This document shows positions 56,323-64,000 of a stretch of DNA of 64,000 nt, piece by piece. The notes below the pieces were generated by a model. It was not told where the DNA came from. It did no database searches and was given only the letters and a program-made list of their open reading frames with translations. A program made the position numbers and the translations under genes. Origin of the DNA: Haliscomenobacter sp. Its GTDB lineage: Bacteria; Bacteroidota; Bacteroidia; Chitinophagales; Saprospiraceae. The DNA is taken from contig JADKCX010000021.1 in assembly GCA_016718685.1 (NCBI GenBank), positions 1,650-65,649 of the forward strand. Direction: 5' to 3'. Numbering within the stretch: the stretch's first letter is position 1; the number at the start of each line of letters is the position of its first letter.

Positions 56323-56904
56323 CTATTCTTCCTCCAGGAAGAGATCTTGCCGCCAATCGTTGAATTCCTGCAAGATTTCATTGGTTTCCCCCATGTCAAA
56401 ATCTTCAGGATCAAACTCTTCGATCCAATCGATAATTTCTTCGTGTTGGGGGTGGTTGGGGTTTTTAAGGGCATCCAGAAAATCTGCATATCCAGGTGCT
56501 CCACCACAATCTTCGGGTGGGCAATTGCGAGCGCCGCCCAGGCAAATGGGGCAATCCGTTTCTTCCGTCGTGATTTTTTCCACCGTCAACAAATGTCCCC
56601 AATGGTCACCAAAATCGTAAATGTACCGTATGGTATCGCCTACTTGTAAATTGAGATCGATCAGCATAATCGATTCACTGTCTTACAAATTGGCATCCGT
56701 ATCCCACATTTCTTCTTCATCAGGCAACAAACCGATTTTGCGCTCTTTGATTTGAAATTCAAATAAATGGGCATTTTCCCAACCCATGACGATTTGAAGA
56801 ATCTCGTGCAGATCAAAAAAAGTCTCGGTTTGATCTATCTGAAAAGTACGCCAGATGAGCGGATTGATTCCCTCCAACTGGACTTTTAATTGTAAGCTCG
56901 CCAC
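56323..56904 (-). pseudogene. pRiA4b ORF-3-like family protein interrupted by an in-frame TAA
   Basis: ORFs 56683..56904 (LQLKVQLEGINPLIWRTFQI...LHEILQIVMGWENAHLFEF) and 56323..56667 (...YIYDFGDHWGHLLTVEKI...CPPEDCGG) are in the same frame, separated by TAA at 56683-56685 plus 5 codons. Confidence 0.7.
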
Positions 56905-56952
56905 TGTTAAAAATTTTGGTTCAATCTACGAGTAATTTGGCAAAGATAGGTA

Positions 56953-57044
56953 AGAATGATGAATTATGAATGAGGAATGATGAATGTAAGCAAGCCTCCT
57001 TAAGTCTAAGAATAAAATCAATTCATCATTCATCATTCATCATT
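56953..57044. repeat. Word-repeat palindrome built from GAATGAT / ATCATTC words
   Basis: The left arm is AGAATGATGAATTATGAATGAGGAATGATGAATG. The right arm is AATTCATCATTCATCATTCATCATT. The centre is about 33 nt. The right arm overlaps the fcl stop codon by 2 nt. Confidence 0.8.
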
Positions 57045-57974
57045 AATACCACTCCTCTCCTCCCAAAGCTGCCGCCCTGATCCCCTCTTCCAGTCCGATT
57101 TTGGCTTTCCAGCCCGCTGCCTGTATTTTGCTTACGTCCATGAGTTTGCGTGGCGTACCGTCGGGTTTGGACAAATCGTGGATGATGTCCCCCTGGTAAC
57201 CAACAATATCGCGGATCAGCAGTGCCAGGTCTTTGATGCTCAAATCGGTGCCGACGCCAATATTAATCAGGCCGGGTTCATGGTAATGGTGCATTAAAAA
57301 CAAACACATCAGCCAGGTCGTCTACGTGCAAAAATTCGCGCAGGGGTGTTCCAGAGGCCCCCTAGCGTAACGTTGGGTGCTGCATGGCGTTTGTGCGCGT
57401 GAAACTTGCGCAACAAGGCTGGCAAAACGTGTGATTTTTCGAGGTCGTAATTGTCGTTGGGGCCGTACAAATTAGTGGGCATCACCGAGATAAAATTGCA
57501 ACCATATTGTGCGCGGTAGGCATCACACAGCTTAATGCCCGCGATCTTGGCAATGGCATAAGGTTCGTTAGTGGGTTCCAGCAACCCTGTCAACAGGTAT
57601 TCTTCCCGCAGGGGTTGAGGGGCCATTTTGGGGTAAATGCAAGAGGAACCGAGGAACAACAACTTTTTCACCCCATATTTCCAGGCACAATGGATGACAT
57701 TGTTCTGGATCATCAGGTTTTCGTACAAAAAATCGGCGCGATAGGTATTGTTGGCCATGATGCCCCCTACTTTGGCCGCAGCCAAAAACACGTACTCGGG
57801 TTGCTCCAGCCGGAAGAACTGCTCGACTTCCGCCTGATTGCGCAGATCCAGCTCGCGCGGGGCAAAGCAGCTCTGAAATCCCTCCGCGCTCAATTTGCGC
57901 TGGATGGCCGAGCCTACCATTCCCCGATGGCCAGCATAAATATTTTGGCGTTGGTTTCCATTGTCCTTATTCAA
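57043..57974 (-). pseudogene. fcl: GDP-L-fucose synthase with at least 2 frame disruptions
   Basis: [11 protein letters not shown]..., [33 protein letters not shown]. The frame then changes at C5 57358..57362 (...VTL / [21 protein letters not shown]) and at A5 57296..57300 (.../ LMHHYHEPGLINIGVGTDLSIKDLA...). Confidence 0.85.
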
Positions 57975-59042
57975 ATTCGCGTTTTACCTCAAATCCACTG
58001 CGCAGCAGTACCGCATCGCGTTGAAACAAATGTACATCCGCCTGCACCATTTCCTGCACCAGCGCCGGCAGGTCGTAGGTTGGTACCCAGCCCAGTTTTT
58101 CTTTGGCTTTACGCGGATCACCCACCAGCAAATCTACTTCGGCAGGCCGAAAATAACGGGGATCTACGGCAATCACGGTCTTCCCGATAGGCACCTGATA
58201 TGCGGGGATTACGGTACCACCCCGGTTTCGGCAATACCCTCGCCCTGAAAGGCCAAACTGATGCCAATTTCGGCAAATGCCAGGCGCACAAATTCCCGCA
58301 CACGGGTGGTAACCCCGGTGGCCACCACATAATCCTCAGGACTGGGCTGCTGCAACATGAGCCACATGGCCTCACAATAGTCTTTGGCATGCCCCAGTCG
58401 CGTTGGGGCATCAGGTTTGCCCAGCCATAATTTTCTTCCAAACCCAGCCCAATTTTGGCCACGGCACGGGTGATTTTGCGGGTCACGAAGGTTTCTCCCC
58501 GCAACGGCGATTCGTGGTTGAACAAGATGCCATTGCAAGCATACATGCCATACGACTCGCGGTAATTCACCGTAATCCAGCCCGCTAACGGCGGCATAGG
58601 TGAACGCGGATAAAAGAGGTGGTTTCCGTTTGGGGCATGAACCTTGCCGTAAAGCTCCGGGTAGAGCCTGATAAAAACGCTCATCTTTGAGCCCCCAATC
58701 GAATGGCTTCCAAAATGCGCCAAGCGCCTACCGCGTCCGAGTTGGCGGTGTATTCTGGTGCTTCAAAGCTGACCTGGACGTGCGACTGTGCACCGAGGTT
58801 GTAAATCTCATCCGGCTGCACTTCCTGCAACACCCGGATGATGCTAGAGCTGTCGGTCAAATCGCCATAGTGCAAGATGAAGCGTTGGTCTTCATCGTGC
58901 GGATCCTGGTACAAATGGTCGATTCGAGCGGTATTGAACAGAAGGGGGGCTTGCCGTGGACTTCATAACCCTTTCAGGAGAAGTTCTGAATAGGCACCAT
59001 CTTGCCCTGTCACCCCTTATCAACAATGCGTTTCTTCTTCAT
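57967..59042 (-). pseudogene. gmd: GDP-mannose 4,6-dehydratase with many (at least 8) frame disruptions
   Basis: Near-perfect Gmd peptide blocks are scattered over all three frames: MKKK / ALLI / GVTGQDGAYSELLLKG / YEVHG / [27 protein letters not shown]...NLGAQSHV / ELYGKV...FYPRSP / [36 protein letters not shown] / DWGHAKDY-like / [29 protein letters not shown]. There are four shifts in the first ~130 nt alone. Confidence 0.85.
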
Positions 59043-59440
59043 GGAGATTGGTGGATTTACTACTGTTTTTACAAAAATAGCTTTTTTTTAGTGCCTGGAT
59101 GCCTCTTTCGACAAAGCTTTTCTGGGCACCACCGCGCTAAAATTTAAAACGCCAAGTGTTAAACTTTAAAAAAAAATAAGAAAATATTAAAAATTAGATT
59201 ATCTTGACCCAATGTCATCATTGATTAGCTGATTTTTTGAATTACCTCTTTTCAGGTTAAACATTCACCTAATACTTCTTGAATAAGTTTTATTTGCCAA
59301 ATTTTGTATACTTCAAATCGTATTCTCTAAAATCATTCTCACTTTATTTTGGCTAATTAATCCTGAAATTGACAATTTGTCTTTTTCAGCGTTTTTTCCT
59401 CTCACTTATTTTAATTAACACCAACACAAGAAAAAAGAAT

Positions 59441-59591
59441 TTGGTATGGGGTAACACCTCTAGCAACAGTGATATTGTTATGGGATAATACCATATAACA
59501 ATACTGCTATTCTATTGTACAAAGCCATAACACCATGCAATTGTATTGGATAATACCTCTAACAATAACCCCATTGTATTGGGTTTTTTTT
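59441..59591. repeat. Degenerate ~33-bp direct-repeat array (4.5 units) ending in hairpin + T8
   Basis: Units start at about 59441, 59474, 59509, 59540 and 59573, with core ATTGT(A/T)(A/T)TGG(G)ATAA(T/C)ACC..TAACAAT. Unit 2 contains the dyad TATTGTTAT-N13-ATAACAATA. The last unit forms AACCC-N9-GGGTT followed by T8, about 35 nt before the ATG at 59626. Confidence 0.7.
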
Positions 59592-59625
59592 ATTTGCATT
59601 TTAACCACAAATAAATTATAATGCC

Positions 59626-60854
59626 ATGAAAAATCTATTGATTGTAGCCATGTGTGCTACCTTCTTCTTGCCAATTCTTTGCAAGGCAAGACCTCAAAAC
59701 CTACACCCCACTTTTCAAATCGCTTAGTCGGCCAGAACGAATACAATTCTGGTCTAACTTAAGGAGTCTGACGAATAGTGTACAAGTAGGAGCACAGTTG
59801 CAGGATGATATCTTCAAAGACCTCAAGAATGGGCTTCCGGTGGCCAATCCGACCGCGGGTATTGATTCTATTCTGGGGGCCTGGTCAGGTGGACGTGCGG
59901 ACTTGAACACCTTTTTGTTAGGAAATCCAAAAGAATTTGACGCACTGGAGATTGAGCGCATTCTCGGCGCTTACGATCAAGCCAACGCGGGCTGGATTGA
60001 AAAGCTCCAGGTCATCCAAACGGGATTTACCCAATTTAAGGACATTCGTAAGTTGACCCTGCTACCATTGCCGAAGCCGAAGTTGCCTACGACGCCAATA
60101 CTGTACTGATGGAAGACGCGCTTCACGAACAATACCAGGTATTTGTGGGTAGCCTGATGAGTACTTACAATGTTTCGAATGAGCGCTCCTGGACTAAAAT
60201 TGTGGATAATTTATTCAACGATTTTGGCGCGCTGGAAATAGGCGCAGGGTTTCAGTCCTTGTTTGCTACCTATTACACAGAAACCCCCGACAGCACTACC
60301 GCAATACTGGTTCGGTTTGGTTCTGCACCCAAATACAATCAACTTTGGGGCGCAGAATGGAACGTTTGGGCCTCATTTAAAGGTTCCATCAACGCCCAAC
60401 AATCAGAAACGCGCACCACCACTGGGCAGGGGTTCCAACCATTTTTGGCTGGTGGGAGTGTATCTTTCCAATATCGTCCGGAGATTCCTTTTGCAAAAGG
60501 AGTCATGCGGCTCATCACGGGGGTAGGAGCCAATATCGAGGCTTATATGCCTGCCCGCATCAATCCGAACCTTCCTGCTCTTTTGACAACAAAGGAAGAA
60601 CTACCGGGTTTGGGCCAGAAGTGAGGTTAGGATTTGCCGTAAATACAGGCAGTGTGAGTTTTTATGGCTACTCCAACCGCAGCAAGGGATACGTCTTGCG
60701 CTGCCCTGATTATCCCTTCAATAGCTGGCAGGTGGTCAGTGGAATTCAGTGGCAAGCCTTGCATTTGAGGATGCTGAGTGGAAATACGAGTTGGGCTAAA
60801 AGCGGCAATCGCACCGCAAAATACAATGAAATTTCTCTGAGTGTACGCATCTAA
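59626..60854 (+). CDS. Secreted protein of unknown function (helical N-half, beta-rich C-half); about 3 frame disruptions
   Basis: Signal peptide MKNLLIVAMCATFFLPILCKA at 59626 is out of frame with ORF 59654..60109. That ORF, 60109..60624 and 60621..60854 read as one protein when joined (...FKDIRK / DPATIAEAEVAYDANTVLMEDALHEQ... ; ...LPGLGQ / RLGFAVNTGSVSFYGY...). Confidence 0.45.
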
Positions 60855-61020
60855 TCGGGCTTGCCTATGCTGTGATTTTACGATCAAAATGATTTAATTT
60901 TGTTCGGATAGTCATGCTGAATTCAAAATTCGCATGACCCTTCAGCGGGGACAGTATTAACCAGCGCTTGTCACTTTTTGGGTGGGTTGTTTGTTTTCTG
61001 GGAGCTGGAATCATTCGCTT

Positions 61021-61767
61021 TTACCTTATAAAAGGAAAATATTGTGTGATTTTGCGGACAGGTTTCACTAGCTGTGAAAAATAAGGGCGCAGCTTATTCA
61101 TTTTTCAGGACAAGCGATCTTCCCAATTGGCAATGAGCCGCTTTTGAATGGATTGATTACTTTCCCCTCCGGTACGCATTCTCACCAGCAATTCTGGCAA
61201 ATAATGACTGGATACTTTGTGCTTGTACAAAATGCGCAGCATAAATTCACAATCCGCCGATGTCTTTAGGCGCGTATCAAAAAAGCCCAAGGCCTGGTAA
61301 ATTTTTCTTTTTACAAAAAAGCAGGATGTGGGGCATCCAACCGAATAAAAAATTGTGCTTTAGGACACCCAGCAACCCAGTTTCGAACAATTTTTTGGGT
61401 ATTGTACGGGCATACATATTGGAGGTCGCCGTAAATGGAATCGGCTTTGGTTCTTTTGAAATGGGCTACCACCTGGCTGATCACTTCTGAATGGACATAA
61501 AAATCATCCGAATTTAAAATGGCAACCACATCGCCCGTAGCCAAACGAATCCCTTTGTTCATCGCATCGTAGATGCCTTGATCGGGTTCAGAAACCCAAT
61601 AATGGATGTGCGCAGCATTCGCCTGAATGATGTCGAGTGTACCGTCACTCGAAGCACCATCTACTATAATGTACTCAATATCTGGATAATGCTGAGCAGC
61701 CACACTATCAATGGTATCTTGAATGGTGTGCACTATTAAATGAGACGGTAATTATGGAAACTTTCAT
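61021..61767 (-). pseudogene. Glycosyltransferase family 2, disrupted paralog of 62175..62843
   Basis: MKVSIITVSFNS / AHTIQDTIDSVAAQHYPDIEYIIVDGASSDGT...NSDDFY...GDLQYV / GWMP.HP.FF.KK / GFFDTRLKTSADCEFMLRILYKHK... At least 3 shifts at C/T/A runs, plus an in-frame TGA at 61105-61107. Confidence 0.7.
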
Positions 61768-62174
61768 GAGGAGAGGTGTTATACCATCACACGGGGATGA
61801 CAGGTGATTTTGGCTCTTTTTTTTCGCCAAAATTTCCCAGCCCATTCCGTGTGGGGTTTACTGTATTGAATGATAAAAAATCAAAATAATTATTAGGTGT
61901 GTGATATGATTTAACTACGGACGATCAAAAAATGGATACAACAAACAACAACTGTTCATTGGAAAATATCATTGTTGGCTTAAAATTGCTCAATTAAAAC
62001 GGCTATGGCTCAACGCATCTGCTGCTCATGCAAAACTTCGACGGATCCTGACATATATCTCAGGAATGTTGTTAGCTACCGTGAAGCGCTGATGTGGACG
62101 ATAATAGAGTTGGCGCAATTTACGCAAAGGTTTTAATATAGTAGTATAAAAATGTGGAGTTAATCCATTAATTT

Positions 62175-62843
62175 TCAGGCGAGCCGGTCCTCGCGATTGG
62201 CCCGCCAGCGATTGCTCCAACTGGCGTTGCTCAAACCACCAGCGCGCATGCGCACGAGCACATCGGGAACGTATGCCGTACTGACCTCGTGTTTGTACAA
62301 AAAGCGCAACATCAATTCGTAGTCTGCCGAACTTTTTAGGGCCAGGTTGAACAAACCGTGCCGCTTGTACACTTCCCTTTTGACGAAAAAAGTGGGGTGT
62401 GGAGGCATCCAACCCGCCAAAAAACTCCGCCGTTGATAATCTCCCGACTCCCAGTGGCGGATCACCTGATGGGTATTTTCCGGATCCACGTATTGCAAAT
62501 CGCCGTAAATGGAATCAGCCTTTGACTGCTGAAAAGCCGCCACGATTTGTTCCAATACATGCGAATGGGTGTAAAAATCGTCAGAATTGAGAATGGCGAT
62601 GACGTCGCCAGTAGCTGCTCGGATGCCTTTGTTCATGGCATCGTAAACGCCCCGATCGGGCTCAGAAATAAACACGTCCACAACATCGGAATACCGGTTA
62701 ACAATGGCTGCGGTAGCATCTCGTGAACCTCCATCTACAACAATGTATTCAACATTCGGGTAGGTTTGTCTGGCCACACTCTCCATGGTGTGTCGAATCG
62801 TCTTCGCGCTGTTGAACGCAGGAGTAACTATCGATATCTTCAT
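62175..62843 (-). CDS. Glycosyltransferase family 2 (WcaE-like)
   Basis: Starts at MKISIVTPAFNSAKTIRHTMESVARQTYPNVEYIVVDGGSRD...NSDDFY. After the TGA at 62175, the -1 frame continues with a sequence homologous to the paralog tail (LKINGLTPHFYTTILKPLRKLRQLYY, to 62026), so the true 3' end may be 62026. Confidence 0.8.
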   Translation of the reverse strand: MKISIVTPAFNSAKTIRHTMESVARQTYPNVEYIVVDGGSRDATAAIVNRYSDVVDVFISEPDRGVYDAMNKGIRAATGDVIAILNSDDFYTHSHVLEQIVAAFQQSKADSIYGDLQYVDPENTHQVIRHWESGDYQRRSFLAGWMPPHPTFFVKREVYKRHGLFNLALKSSADYELMLRFLYKHEVSTAYVPDVLVRMRAGGLSNASWSNRWRANREDRLA

Positions 62844-63164
62844 CCTTCGGTTTTTGGTTCTTGGGATCAAAAGGGCATTGCCCTCATGTGTGTTTGGGAA
62901 TAAGTGAATAAGACAAATTGACCGGACTACAAGATAACGCTACGGGTCTCCAGAAGATTTTGTAGTTGCAAAGTTAATTTAGAAGGTTTTATAATTGGAG
63001 TAGAAATGGGTTTGATTTTGAATATTTTTAGATCACTCTTTTTTTTAGCTGAAAATCAATTACTTATTCAAAATTTAACACACACGTCCGAATGGCTTGC
63101 GCAGGGTTTTTCATACAATTTCCGAGGAAATTTGATTTGCACACTGGGCTTAGCGCTTGCTTAA

Positions 63165-64000
63165 TTATGGTTTTGAATACTTCCTTTTGGATAAATATCC
63201 ACTTAATTTATGCAAGGTCCAACATATGGCCAAAGTGAAAAGGGTTGCTTTGAAGCCGTGGTTGAGCATCGTGATGAAATCATTCTCCTGATCCATTAAA
63301 GGATAAAAAATCAATGGGGTCCACAACCACAGCAATGGATAATGTTGAGTGGCCAGTTTGCGCAACCAGTGGTAGACACTATACAACAAGCGCACCCAAG
63401 CAAATACGATCAAAGGGGCCAACCAGGGCCAAAATTGGCATAGGCCTCACCCGCCGCTCCGATGTTCATGGAACAATTCGGGCTGGGGGATGCCGGTAAA
63501 ACGGTACCAAATGTGTGCGCCCCCGGCTCCGGGTTTATCTGGCCAAAATATGCGTGGAACAAGCGCAGCTTGCAAGGCCAGCCAAATGGTTGCTCCCCTG
63601 GCGTAAGGCTCGTGGGCAGGAACCCATTGGTAGACCTGAGCCAGGTGATTGCCTTGATTTAACCGATCCAAGGCTTGTTGCCAACGGTTGTTGTTCCACG
63701 GATTTTTTGCCCAATCCTGGGTAGTTTTCGAAAACAAACGCCAATGATCCTCCGCAGCGGATTGCTTTACGCGTTCCCGATAGTCGTATTTCCAAACGAG
63801 GATGAGGAATAAAAACAACAGACCAATGCCCCCCGCACGCCACAATGCTCGGCTTGACCAACGGTAATACAGTTGTGCGTAAAAGGTGAGCCAAACCGGC
63901 CACAAAAACAGATCGCCAAACATCGTGCTTTGTAGTGCCCGATAAGCCATAAAGATGAACAAGAGGAGTAAAATACCCAGCTTGATTGGCCAGGAGTACG
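63165..64000 (-). CDS. Polytopic membrane protein, possibly an O-antigen/repeat-unit polymerase or ligase; partial, 2 frame disruptions
   Basis: ORFs 63447..63962 (open to the window edge), a short MNIGAAGEAYANFGPGW frame and 63165..63422 form one hydrophobic protein with a large loop. The assignment rests on locus context and weak motif resemblance only. Confidence 0.35.

Noticed and set aside
9166-57044. The word-repeat hairpins as MITEs or IS remnants.
   Set aside because: There are no shared terminal inverted repeats with target-site duplications. The centres are unique rather than conserved. Different words are used at different loci, and there is no transposase in the window. A REP/RAYT-type origin cannot be excluded without the whole genome.
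59156-59421. An invertible promoter (Bacteroides capsule-style) in the AT-rich spacer, flanked by GTGTTAA...AAAATAAG / CTTATTTT..TTAACAC.
   Set aside because: The inverted match is only 7+8 nt with different internal spacing, in ~22% GC low-complexity DNA where such matches arise by chance. No recombinase gene is nearby.
59441-59591. The ~33-bp repeats as a CRISPR array.
   Set aside because: The units are directly adjacent with no spacers, are degenerate, and there are no cas genes in the window.
60627-60887. The minus-strand 86-aa ORF overlapping the end of the secreted-protein gene.
   Set aside because: It is antisense to a reading frame that continues the upstream protein and has no features of its own.
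62026-62412. The 128-aa ORF 62026..62412 as an independent gene.
   Set aside because: Its 5' part is the -1 frame shadow of the GT2 gene. Only its last ~50 codons look real, and they are the displaced C-terminus of that GT2.
1-64000. Defence or mobile systems (restriction-modification, toxin-antitoxin, CBASS, retron, Abi, prophage, ICE, integron).
   Set aside because: No ORF shows nuclease/methylase, reverse-transcriptase, cyclase, integrase, transposase, phage structural or conjugation motifs. The only accessory-looking genes are the SUFU-like and pRiA4b-ORF3-like singletons reported above.

Overview
This 64-kb chromosomal segment reads as Bacteroidota. The evidence is T9SS type A and type B C-terminal sorting domains, SprB-type repeats, GldB, a GH3-family protein, a DUF1800/DUF1501 pair and a TAnnTTTG-type promoter box. 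Spot counts put GC at about 50-56% in core genes. I can support about 50 protein genes and one tRNA-Val(TAC). I see no rRNA, CRISPR, transposase, integrase or recognisable defence system. Most content is housekeeping: pssA, purS, rsmI, trpB2, tatA, thiL, mnmE, pepP, tgt, rodA, deoC and ftcD. The rest is envelope and secretion genes (three large T9SS cargo proteins, gldB, an lptC-like gene, OMP barrels, peptidases of families M12A/M16/M28/S9/M24) and, from about 57 kb to the window end, a GDP-fucose/glycosyltransferase/polymerase polysaccharide locus.

I did not find a convincing novel multi-gene system. The signals not explained by ordinary annotation are:
1. At least 13 intergenic 'word-repeat palindromes', hairpins whose arms are tandem 7-8-nt words. 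Several unrelated words share one architecture.
2. At least about 24 reading-frame disruptions, mostly at homopolymers. They hit essential genes and are strongly concentrated at 57-64 kb. This is more consistent with consensus errors than with real decay, but a G8/C8 tract in an adhesin is worth checking for phase variation.
3. A degenerate ~33-bp tandem array plus hairpin/T8 in a 583-bp AT-rich divergent spacer of the polysaccharide locus.
4. Two small low-GC islets: an orphan SUFU-like gene, and a pRiA4b-ORF3-like gene with an in-frame stop beside tRNA-Val.
5. An astacin protease with a duplicated uncharacterised C-terminal module, translationally coupled to a DUF4377 lipoprotein.

All family assignments are by eye from motifs. 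No database search was run.
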